The notes under the pieces: model-generated
Database searches by the model: none
What the model was told of the DNA's origin: nothing
The model's input: only the letters and a program-made list of their open reading frames with translations
Program-made: the position numbers and the translations under genes
Shown here: positions 39,054 to 49,769 of the stretch, one piece after another
Position numbering within the stretch: position 1 is the stretch's first letter
Layout: each line of letters begins with the position of its first letter
From: Setoptus koraiensis
Lineage: Eukaryota; Animalia; Arthropoda
Direction: 5' to 3'
DNA: 64,000 nucleotides
NCBI GenBank assembly: GCA_048013815.1
Contig: CM106586.1
Coordinates: forward strand, 15,500,001-15,564,000

Positions 39054-39301
39054 TTATGAATCGAGTAAATAAACTAGTTTGAAGTGAGTTACTAGACAAG
39101 TTGTACATCTTATTTGAGATCCTTGCATATCATTAGGTGATAACTTTTAATAATGTTTATTCTAGCTGGATAATCTATTTCTCAAAATATCATTGTTCAG
39201 TTTAACTTGTGATGCTTTTTTTTTATTATAGCTGACAAGTTTATGACATGTCTTCTACACTGTCATTTGAGCGCAATTTTCTGAGGCAGTTCGTCTTTAA
39301 A

Positions 39302-40939
39302 TCATGACTTTTTATGCATCTCCATAACTTTATCCTGATCAACACTTTGAAAGATATGTGGTGCTTTCAAGAAAATGTAAATTGTTCCAATTGTCGTACC
39401 CAAGAAGAATAAAATGAGTTGTAATCTATCTATTGTCATTGCCACATATTTCCAATCCTCTCGAATCTACATATTTTATTTTAGATATAGAATAGATGAG
39501 AGCCCGTTAATTTGACAATCCTTAAAAAATTTAATCTACTTAGCGTCAAAAAAGCTGCCATCGTAACTCACCTGTATGTATTCGTCCTCGCATTTTAAAT
39601 GTTCAGCCACAAATTCTATTGCCTCAGTGGCTTTAGAGGCCTCTGGGCCCAACTGGTTCCAATCAGATGAATCTTGACTTAGGTGATTAGGATAACAATC
39701 GTGATTACAATCCGAAGATGAGTTTGTATCTTGATTTTGAACACCATCGGATTCATTATTGCATGGTGGACTTGATCCATGCATGTCCATCATCCATCGA
39801 AGGCGCGTCTTTTTAGGTCGTTTCATTCCTAAGAACGAAGGCAGATATTCTAAGAATATAACTCTTATGTAATTTGGCATACTATGTGTTCTGGGTCCTC
39901 TAAAATTGAAATTGATTATAACCACGGTGGTAAATATAGATAAACAATTCATAATAAATGTAAATAGAAGATATTTTGCTATGAGCGGTATAACCAATGA
40001 TGTCGGTGGTAAAATTTTTGATACCAGCAAAAGGAAGACCACCAAGGACAACAGAATGGAGATACCAAGAGTGACCTTTTCTCCTGCTTCAGCAGGCAGG
40101 TAAAACACCAACACACAAAGAAATGATATCAATACTGTTGGTAGTATCAAATTGACAGTATAGAATAACGTCTTCCTCCTGATTGTTATATAAAAAGTAA
40201 GTTTACTCTCGGTGGGCTTTCCAAATTTTGTACTGTTAGATGATTGAAGACAAGCGGGCACTTCTACTATATCCCAAGTACCTGATTTCCAATAATCAGA
40301 TAGATCAACATAGTTTCGTTTGTCATAAAATTTCAAAGTAACAGCATTGCCCATATAGGTCCAACTACCAAATATCATTTCGCATCTTTGTTGATCAAAT
40401 GGGAAATATGTCACATCTATTCTGCAGGTACTCTGATAAATAGCCGGCGGTACCCATTCTATTTTCCCCTCCGGATATATGAGCACATTTGATTTGTATC
40501 TGACCTCGTAGTTACCATCGGCATTGTTGAATAAAACAATATCAGGTCTCCAAACCTTATCTGGCAACAGTATAAGCTTTGTTATGCCACCATAATCGGC
40601 TGCATCCCATTTAAGTTGATAATCATGCCAGACAAAATTGAGCCAGACATTTGAGGTCATAACTTGATTTTTTTCATTTACATTGATCAATTGGATCATT
40701 GATAGACCCAGTTCAACTTCCACTGTCTGATTAACATATTCTACTGGTCTGATTAGCTTGTTATAATCTCTGAATAAATCTCTAACTAGCCTCTCCTCGT
40801 CTTCTGAGGCGAAAACAAACTTGTGGTTGTTGTGTACAAACAATAGCTCGAGTATAATCGGCACGAGCTGAGCAATTAGCAGTAAATTGTTCGGCCTTAT
40901 TGGAGTCATCTTCATGAGTGGTGAGCGCAAATGATTCAT
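39302..40939 (-). CDS. nAChRbeta1: Nicotinic acetylcholine receptor beta1 subunit; one intron (39467-39571)
   Basis: SEDEERLVRDLF, Cys-loop, no vicinal cysteines in loop C, beta1-type TM1-3; last exon IREDWKYVAMTIDRLQL (TM4) at 39302-39466. Confidence 0.95.
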
Positions 40940-41500
40940 TACTACAACAAATGGTGCATGTAATTTCTGTTTCTGTAGGTTTCGCTATTAGTCGGCTACA
41001 ATAAATCACATAGAAATCTTTTTTCCTTCTCTAATCCTAGCTCTAAATCTAAATTTCAACTAATACTAATAGTTGGTTTCATTCATAATATTCTAGATGT
41101 CATTATCTTTCGGGCATCTGTTCATCTCACCAGAAACCCGCCGTAAGGACAACTTGGTTGCTTAGTGATAATTTCTTCATCTTCACTTTGCATCGCCGAT
41201 TAATATTAGCTCCATAACGACATAACACAACGCTACGTGTTGTAAAAATCGAAGACGGACACTCTGAGATTTGTAGTCAGCTCAGCTTCGCTGACATCAA
41301 TCGAGAGTAGACATCTATTGCGCGTGTCAACTATCTCGTGTAAAGTGATCCCATCTTCAGAGGGCCTCAGTGCGAGCTGAAAGGTCGCTTCTTTTGCATA
41401 TGTATGCTAACCTTTGTCACAACTGCGAAAAGCTTTGTTTGCATTGTCATAACGTGATTACGTCACATTCAAGAGTTAGTTATACAAATGACTTCGATAT

Positions 41501-42361
41501 TCACCTGTCAACATGCTTGGACATTATGCGTTTTATTGAGTATTTGAAATCTTCAGGACTAGATTTATAGCCACAAGAAACACAAGAGAAATCATTATCG
41601 GCAAGTTGATTTGAATAAAGGCAATAGTAACAAAAAATGTGACGACATCCTATTTCATATGGAGTTACGGGACTATTTTTGCATATTGCGCAAGCCGTGT
41701 AATCCTCATCGGTTCTATCATCTATACTGGTGGTTTCTAACTTCTTGGATGGAATAGACAAAATTGAAGCTAGGGCGTTAGTGGCAACTCGTTTAACTCG
41801 TTGCAGATTTAATATTGGTATTGCAAACGTTAAAAACTCGGCTATTGTTTGCCTCATAAGTTCTTGATTCATCAGGTCATACTGAGAAGGGTCAGTATGC
41901 ACAGTCCTCCTCTCTGAGATAGCTCCGCAGCAGACACCCAAGATCCTCTCCTCGACTTTTCTAAATCTGCCATTTCTGAGGAAGAACAGAAAATTTACTA
42001 TGCTGGTCATTTTGTAAAACATTGTTGCATGATGGAAGTTTCTTTTGGTTAAGATCCAAGGTATAATGACATTGGTCAATGTTAGTGCAACCCGTTGATA
42101 CTGTTGCAAGTCACTCAGCTGATCACTGCTCGACACACTATAGTATCTCATACCAAACAACTGCAGGCCTATTGAAGATTCATTCTTTAGGAATTGCCAA
42201 AATAAATAGAGCTTGGCTACCAGGCCAACCTCTGATGCGAGTATTGGAAGATCAATTGACTGTTGGATGATCTTATCTATTTCTTTCTCCCAGATGATGG
42301 CCTCCAATTGGAGAGCTCTAGACTTGTAACGGTCAGGTAGTCTGATGGGTGTCTCGGCCAT
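41501..42361 (-). CDS. PEX2: Peroxin 2 RING E3 ligase
   Basis: RALQLEA N-terminal motif, SIGLQLFGMRY, NFLFFLRNGRF, C-terminal CAIC..GCRHIFCYYC..CVSC. Confidence 0.88.
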   Translation of the reverse strand: MAETPIRLPDRYKSRALQLEAIIWEKEIDKIIQQSIDLPILASEVGLVAKLYLFWQFLKNESSIGLQLFGMRYYSVSSSDQLSDLQQYQRVALTLTNVIIPWILTKRNFHHATMFYKMTSIVNFLFFLRNGRFRKVEERILGVCCGAISERRTVHTDPSQYDLMNQELMRQTIAEFLTFAIPILNLQRVKRVATNALASILSIPSKKLETTSIDDRTDEDYTACAICKNSPVTPYEIGCRHIFCYYCLYSNQLADNDFSCVSCGYKSSPEDFKYSIKRIMSKHVDR

Positions 42362-43792
42362 ACTGAGGCTGTGTTTGTCAGAAATATAAAATGGAAACCT
42401 GTAACAATTCTGTGAGATGGACCTAAATTCTGTAAATCAGTCTCAACAACGAACCACCTCAGCCCAAGAGAACTAACACACGGTACAGTATAAAGTTTAT
42501 AATTATAAACACTGAAGAGATGCATAACAACGCCGCGAAATACAAACTATGAAAGGGAGAGGAAACAAAAACACCTCTCGCCTCCCCGTGACTCCCCATA
42601 GAGGGCGGGAGGTAGAATATCTTCAGTGGGAAGATATTCCATGAGTATGTTTTTTTGAGAGGGTAGTTTAGTTTTGATTGTAGTTATGTCAAGAAAATCG
42701 TTTTTTTTTTCAAATATTGCCTCATATAACTTTTTGAATCGAACCAGGAGGCGCGGGAGCTCCCTCTACGCCGATCACTTAAGTTGTTACAATTTCATTG
42801 CAACAGTCAGACTAACTTGTTATCCACCCAGTCGTTGGATATAGGCAACCGTGAGTCGGGCTGCTGATCTTTTGGTTCTCTACTCCCATTTCTAGCATAT
42901 CTCCTGAAATATAAAGAGAAAATGCGATCCTGCTTGCAGGGAAAACAATTACAGGTGTATGACAGATTCCGTGCCCATGAATCCGGTTCCGGAATGCAAC
43001 TAATCAGATACTCTAGAGACATTTTTGGGTTTATCTGTCTTCGTCTGAAGGATGCAAAATTGTCATCATTGCGGCTACTCTCGTTTCGCACTGCATCCAG
43101 TTTGGATATCAAGTGAATATCAGTATTTCACGCACTTTGTGAACTATCGTTAGAACAAACCAACAATAAATTGGTTGCGCAAGGCGTAGTATGTCAGGTA
43201 ATATTGACATGGCAGAGTCGGGATTCTGACAAGTTTAATAGAGCCCCTAAGCACTCTGTAGCCTTATCGCGCTTATCCTGTTTGCCTTTTGTGTTGTCAC
43301 GATGATATCTTAGCTGTGGCAGGCACAACATCAGTTGACTACGGATATGAAAGAGATCATACTCCACTTCCGGACTTTCGGAATAGATTATCGCCAGAAA
43401 ACTCGCATAGATCTTCTTGAAGCGTCCGTTAACTCAGCATCCAAAGTTCGTAGCGATTTTTTTGGCGTCTTTGTCCGGCCTTTTCACCACAAGATCATGA
43501 AATGGTAGTTTTGTCGATAATTTCACTCGAGTTAGTTGAGGCATTCAATTCGTATTTTTAACTAGATCTACGAAGCATTGCTCAACAAGTACAAAAAAAT
43601 AAAACTCCAGGCAGACTCAAGAGAGGTTTAGTAGAAAATTATTTATTAATGTCGAAGCTCAATAGAGCCTGACAAACATACATGTATATGTTTATAGATA
43701 TATATTTACTAATATAAAGGCGCTTCTATGTTAGTTTGCGTCATCTAATTTTGGTTTGGCACCATGTAAGTTGACTATAGGTATGAGAGTGA

Positions 43793-45967
43793 TCATACCC
43801 AACCTCCAGTTAGTTTATGAAATAGGTCTTCATTTAGAGTTTGATTGCCGTCTTTAGAACGCATCGATAAGAATGTGTAACCACCGACAAATTCGTGGGG
43901 TATTTTACAGTCTGCACTTAAGCAAGCGAAGTTGACGTTTTCTTCTTCAAATTGCACCAACATCTGACGTATCTCCCAATTCACATTCCAAGCTTTCATC
44001 GTCTGGTATCTCCATACTTTGAGGTAATCACCATTACTTGGATCTATTCTTATGAGACGATCCGATGCAATACCGAGGATCTCTTCTTTCTTTTGACCAC
44101 CAAATCTAGCAACAAAATAATGGATTCCGAAATCTGGAAGAGCCATCCATGCTCTGATGTAATTCATTTTGCTTTCTGTTGCTGTTAGATTTTTCACGTT
44201 AGAGTGCGATTCCAGTATTCGTTGCGCAGGAGATTTTCCAGCCCTCAAACGTCTTGAGTATTTTGGTGCTATATATTCATCGGCATTTATGTTAGTATTG
44301 TTAGTGTTAATTACGGCCACAGATGAAGGGTGCTGAATGTTGAGAATATCTAGTGTAGCCCGCACTTCTTCATCCAGAGTTGTTTCTGTAAGTGGTCGAC
44401 CTTTCGAGGCTAGTCTAAAAGCTGCCATCCACCTTGCGTATTGACTCTCTGAATCGAATTTGATCAAATAATCAACTGGACCATCTACGCCTTGGGTGGA
44501 TAGTTTCACGCCATACTTAAATTGGCTTATATTAACATCGGGTGTTACGTCACATCCTCCAACATCGATCGAGAATGCTGCTTCATCGTTTACTCTATCT
44601 TCTCTAGTTCTGTAAGCTGTAAGGCGAGTTTCTTTGAAAACAAAGAACAATCTTTTGAAAGCCTTCAAAGTGAATTTTCTGAGTTTCATGAATCGCAAAT
44701 AGTCGCTCAATTCGATCGTGTGGTCATCTGAATCTTGGTGCCTTTGCAAATTGTTTGTTGTGTGAGTTGTGTCAATACTTTGCATGCGATTTTGAAGATG
44801 ATTGGACGTTTGAACAGTTGGTCTGTCATAAATGGTTGTACCTTCCAGTTGTAGCTGCAATGCCGTTAAGGCGGCATCTATATCATCATCGTTTGAGCTT
44901 CTAAGCTCAGATTGATTGGGATTGCCAGCTTGTTGTTGAATTTGTAGTTGGAGAGCGCCAAACATCATCATTTCATCCTCAGTGCACTCCACGGTCTCAG
45001 TCAACAATGACCATTTAGCTTGTTCGTAAATCTGATTGATTCTAACAGCGTCTATGCTGGGGTTCAAGTCGTAAAACGAAAGATACTTGAATACCAGTAA
45101 TAGTGTATCGAAATCTTTAACATTTTGCTCATATAGAGAGAGCGAAGAATCCAACCATCCTGCATTGATGCGGGCTTTCTCCATTAGGCTCTTTGGGTAT
45201 AGAAGTGAGCTCTTTGCCTCATAGGATGGAGTATAAGGAGTTGTGGCTAGTTCGATAGTTTTGAGGTCTTCGTTAAAGAGCGAGGTGTTATTAGTGAGAG
45301 TAAAACCACGATATGACGCATTCCTCGACAGCGTTGAAGTTACATCTGGCGATTGACTTCTAGTGTCGATAGTTCCACTGTGAGGTCCAGTAACAAGTGG
45401 ACTAGCCTTTCCATTAAGCGTGTCAGCTGTGCCTGGTCTTGTTGTACCCAAAGCATCGAAGCCTCTTTGTTTTGGAGTGACATTCATAGATTGTATGTTT
45501 CTTTTAAGATGTTCATGACTAAGCGGCCTCATAAATGACATCTCTTCTGGGTGACGAATGCCAAGTTCCTTGCACAATTGCACTACAGCCGTGAAACACT
45601 TGACTGAAAAGTCCACTTTGACATCAAGGAAACGCAAGTCTGGCAATTGGACTCGCAAAGGTTTATGCATGGGTGTGAAATTCAGGTAGGCGTCAGCTCC
45701 AACTCCGTAATGATTGAGGGTAGAACGTGTCCTGGTAAGCCAACAGTTCTTTTTAGGCCACCAGAGTGCATGATCGGACCAATCGATGGCGATATCTAGT
45801 TCCTCAACCAACTTTAGCATCACTCCTCCTATGTGCATGTCACCTTTTACTCTGAGTGTTCGCTCCACTTGTAGATCCGCTATAAATATTCTCAGATCCC
45901 ATGATGGTTCAGGTAATAGAAATCCACCTGCTTCCGAAGCTAGTGTTAGGCCACCTGTAGCGGTCAT
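43793..45967 (-). CDS. Fit1: Kindlin/Fermitin, intronless
   Basis: WDLRIFIADLQVERTLRVKGDMHIGGVML, DWSDHALWWP, FTPMHK.LRVQLPD, RINQIYEQAKW, PH insert, WNVNWEIR, HEFVGGY.FLSMRSKD.NQTLNEDLFHKLTGGW. Confidence 0.98.
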   Translation of the reverse strand: MTATGGLTLASEAGGFLLPEPSWDLRIFIADLQVERTLRVKGDMHIGGVMLKLVEELDIAIDWSDHALWWPKKNCWLTRTRSTLNHYGVGADAYLNFTPMHKPLRVQLPDLRFLDVKVDFSVKCFTAVVQLCKELGIRHPEEMSFMRPLSHEHLKRNIQSMNVTPKQRGFDALGTTRPGTADTLNGKASPLVTGPHSGTIDTRSQSPDVTSTLSRNASYRGFTLTNNTSLFNEDLKTIELATTPYTPSYEAKSSLLYPKSLMEKARINAGWLDSSLSLYEQNVKDFDTLLLVFKYLSFYDLNPSIDAVRINQIYEQAKWSLLTETVECTEDEMMMFGALQLQIQQQAGNPNQSELRSSNDDDIDAALTALQLQLEGTTIYDRPTVQTSNHLQNRMQSIDTTHTTNNLQRHQDSDDHTIELSDYLRFMKLRKFTLKAFKRLFFVFKETRLTAYRTREDRVNDEAAFSIDVGGCDVTPDVNISQFKYGVKLSTQGVDGPVDYLIKFDSESQYARWMAAFRLASKGRPLTETTLDEEVRATLDILNIQHPSSVAVINTNNTNINADEYIAPKYSRRLRAGKSPAQRILESHSNVKNLTATESKMNYIRAWMALPDFGIHYFVARFGGQKKEEILGIASDRLIRIDPSNGDYLKVWRYQTMKAWNVNWEIRQMLVQFEEENVNFACLSADCKIPHEFVGGYTFLSMRSKDGNQTLNEDLFHKLTGGWV

Positions 45968-46497
45968 ATTGAGTTATCAAAAATTTGTCAATCAGATGTG
46001 GTCAAAATTGCATAAAATTGTCTTGTAATGTAGTTTTTGTTCCAAAGTGTCTATCCAGCGTAGAATTGATTTCATCCAATTAAGTCTTAAAATTCGTTTC
46101 AAATTTTTCCGTCACATGTGAATTTGTAGTAATAATGGTGGTACATCTAATGAGAGCAACAGTTTTCAATGATTTTCACACGACACAGTTGATGTGTAAA
46201 ACAGCAGTAGAAGGTTACTGTACATTAAAGTGCAACGCTGAACACCAAGGCCAATAAACTGGAGCAAAAAATTATGTTAATATTGAGTGTGCTCTTTCTC
46301 GATGCTTGTGTGATGATAATAATACAGCAAAAGAATAAAAAATTAGCCGACGGATAATCCTTCTCCTGCTACGCAGCTGACTAAAGTATAAGTTCAAGAT
46401 CTTATTCCTCCGAATCGGTGCCGGGTTTCAAGTTAGTTTCATGATAAATTGTGAGTTCTCAGGAAGCGTCTCATCTTTATGAATCTCTTAGTACACA

Positions 46498-46690
46498 TTA
46501 TTAACAATCATGATGAAAATCCTTCAAGCTGTCCTTAATGATACGGCGCATGATTTTCCATCATCTCATTGATAACGATTGTACAATGACTGATTCGGGA
46601 TAAACAGGGAGAGTCTCCTTATTTGGCCTAGCTTGATGTAGGCAAACAAGATGAGGGTGGAGTAAAAATCGTCTGCATAAAAGTTAAGTC
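46498..46690 (-). repeat. Diverged dispersed repeat, copy 2 (partner at ~26948-27195)
   Basis: Reverse complement matches two blocks of the 27-kb copy. Confidence 0.85.
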
Positions 46691-46850
46691 TATGTCTATG
46701 TATTAAAGGCTTGATTATAAAAATATTGTGAAAATGCGTGGGCTGCACATGGCTCTTGGTACAATTCTTTGCACTTGTTTATACTGTGTTTCGTTTCTAT
46801 CCCATCTGTTCGCGCACTCTCCATAACTTCTTTGCGTTCGCCCATGATCT

Positions 46851-46856
46851 CTCTGT

Positions 46857-46898
<42 letters not shown>
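46851..46898. repeat. (TC)n microsatellite
   Basis: Directly visible. Confidence 0.95.
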
Positions 46899-46900
<2 letters not shown>

Positions 46901-47229
46901 ATTACTGCCTCCTCTCGGACTCCCTAATTGCTTCGACAATACGACATTAGAAGCATGGAAAGACACTAAACATGATCCAACGCTATTAAGTTCATTAGCT
47001 TGCCAAGATAAACAAAACAATTGTCTTGGATTCTTATCCAAATAGTAGTTACAAGTCAACATCAAGGCTTATGAAGCTAGAGAGTACCCGATTAGTTGGT
47101 TGTGTGAATTTGAAGCAACTTTTTTGCAATGCTGGTCGAAATTCTTAAAAATTCTCAAATTACATATTTCTGCTTTTGACATCTTCAATCAATCTTTTGA
47201 CATCAATATCTGGTACTCGGATATTAAAA

Positions 47230-48331
47230 TCACATAGTAAAGTTTTGTGTGTAGTCATACTCTATTGTCGGTATGACAGATTGAACAAATTTCAGGAATA
47301 CAATAAGATAAGAAAACACTTGCAACTCGCGACCACCATCCTCAACTGTTGATATGACCTTCTTCATTACTTCAGCGTGCCTGCAGGGATGAACCGACGC
47401 CATCACAGTGGGTATGTGAGGATGAGTCTCCATAGTAACAGTTTTTTTGGCGTGATCCTGACTGATGTCCTCATACATTTCATTGATCGTCAACGGTTTA
47501 TGATTTTCGTCATAACCAACTAGCCATAGTCTGGGCGTTTGGTAATATTTATCATATGTTATGTTGAGATCGTAGGTTCTAGTTGGGATAATGTTATCCC
47601 CACCGAATTTTCCTTGGCTATCACTTGACGAAGGTTGCCCGGATTGTGTGCTTGAAGGATTATCTCGAGCTTGTCTAATATCAGCTACAGCCTGAGTGCA
47701 TAGAGGAAAAAGTTGAATTTCAAATTGACTGAATTAGATTCTACAAGATCATGAATTTTTCTAAACGATAAACTAGCTCTATATCACAACTTACAGTGTC
47801 TTCCTCGTCTACCATATTTAAAAATTGATCCATATCTTCTGCTTCGCCATCGTCTTCGTCAGACTTGTGCTCTGACTCTGGATCTACTTTCGACCCATCC
47901 AAATCGCTCGCTGGCACATTGGCCTCCTTATCACCTTCCGAGTCATTAATGGTCATTTCGTTGACTAATTCATTGATATTCGATGATGATAAATGATGTG
48001 TGTCTACCCAACCCCCATCTCCATCATTATCCAGCACTATTCTTTCATCGCTTGCACAGTATTCTATATTTTTACATCGTTTGAAACAAGGAACACTTTT
48101 TGTGACTAAGTATTGCTTATCTGCGGGAAGGAAAGGTCTCTGGTAGGCTGGGTCGGCAGCGCTACTCCAAGACCATGTTGGACAGTGATGAACTAGATGG
48201 TCTCCAGCCATAACGAACTCATCTGGTGTCAGGACGCCCGTTTGCTTAAATTTTGATTGCTTCAAGACAGGGGTGAAGTACTCAGCGACCGAGAGAGCGG
48301 TCCCTTTTACAGCCTGCAAAAGATCTGACAT
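47230..48331 (-). CDS. ATG3: Autophagy E2-like enzyme ATG3; one intron (47692-47794)
   Basis: [89 protein letters not shown]. Confidence 0.98.
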
Positions 48332-48983
48332 TTCTTTTGGCTTTATTGCAGCTTAATACCTAGATAATAATTGAATTGGGCCTCGATAACTGCTGGTCTA
48401 TTTGCATTAGCCTGATTATGCTGATAGATGAAATGAAATTCCGAATCCTAACAGTGTATACAAGGGATTCTTTGCATGCAGAGCGACGCTCAAAAAATAA
48501 TGAGGGATCCAACAGTAGATTTTAGTTATTATAGTAATAATATTAATATCAAATCATCAGAGATAGAGATAAATTCTGTTGTGTGATACATGAGAAGAGT
48601 TAAGATAAGGGGTGATTTTAATTTTTACCTTAGTTTGCTCGCTAAAGCACAGAAGTCAGATTATTTGATGAAAGCGCAAGCACACAAATGAACGATTGCA
48701 TGTATTTATATGGACTACATGCGCGCTCATAGATGGAAAATTACAATCTGTGCGTGTCTTCGCAGTGTCGATGCATTTTATGCTTGTCGAGCCAAGCAAA
48801 CTGATGTATTCACCTAACAACAACAAACAAACCAGGATACATATGTGCGCACTACAAGTGACTCGAAAAAAGCGGCGCACTTGGATTTTTTATCTTCGAA
48901 TTTACCGCTCACAATGATCTGAAAATGAAAGAGGCAGTCTTGTCACATTCAGAGGTAACTACGATTACTTTAAAAACATCAAA

Positions 48984-49619
48984 ATGTCTGGGACCAATAC
49001 CGAAAATCTCGACGAGGACGCCGAGCTGAAGAATCTACTTGAGAGCGCTTTTAATGATTTCAACTCTCCAGGAACCTCTGATGTCAAAAGTGAAGATAAT
49101 TTCAAAAAAATCACCGAGGTGCTCAAATGTGACAACAACGAATTCGACAAGTTTCTGGAGGACCCGCTGAAGATGCAGCAGATGTTCCAGAATATAGCGG
49201 GCGTTGGAAGTGATGATATACAGAAACTGATCGGCGACTTAGATAGTCAACCTTCAGATCCCAATATTAACGAGTCCATGCCTCAAATATTCAACTTGGT
49301 TCAGAATCTATTGTCCAAGGAACTACTCTATCCAGCTCTGAAAGACCTATCTCCAAAGTTTGAGGAATGGATGAAGAATAACAAGGATAAATTGACAGGG
49401 GAAGACAAAGAACGCTACGCCAGTCAGATCAGTCTTATCAAGCAAATATGCCAAACTTTTGAAGATGAAAGCCTGCAGGACCAGCAACGCTTTGAGCGTA
49501 ATCTAGATTTGATGGACCGAATGCAATCTCTTGGTGCCCCACCGCCTGAACTATCAGTACCCTCAGATTTGGATAACCTTATTATGGACTCTATGAAGGA
49601 TAAATGTAATATAATGTGA
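48984..49619 (+). CDS. PEX19: Peroxin 19
   Basis: DAELKNLLESAFNDF, LLSKELLYPALKDL..KFEEW, LMDRMQSLGAPPPEL, C-terminal CaaX (CNIM). Confidence 0.95.
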   Translation: MSGTNTENLDEDAELKNLLESAFNDFNSPGTSDVKSEDNFKKITEVLKCDNNEFDKFLEDPLKMQQMFQNIAGVGSDDIQKLIGDLDSQPSDPNINESMPQIFNLVQNLLSKELLYPALKDLSPKFEEWMKNNKDKLTGEDKERYASQISLIKQICQTFEDESLQDQQRFERNLDLMDRMQSLGAPPPELSVPSDLDNLIMDSMKDKCNIM

Positions 49620-49769
49620 ACCATTTCAATTCCAGTTCCATTCCAATTCAATATCAATGTGGGAATATGCTCAATGGGAATTATAGTAAATAAAACACAT
49701 TTATATAAATAAATCTTTATATATACTTTCTCACAATATACTCTTTGAAATAAGTGTAAGCATCGATTC

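Noticed and set aside
42736-42775. tRNA-like B-box GGTTCGATTC with an A-box-like sequence on the minus strand
   Set aside because: Box spacing is too short (~17 nt) and no cloverleaf forms.
41501-49619. Apparent functional clustering (PEX2, PEX19 and ATG3; also vinculin/kindlin and CTSL/acid phosphatase)
   Set aside because: Genes are interleaved with unrelated ones and share no visible regulatory motif; chance is plausible at this gene density.
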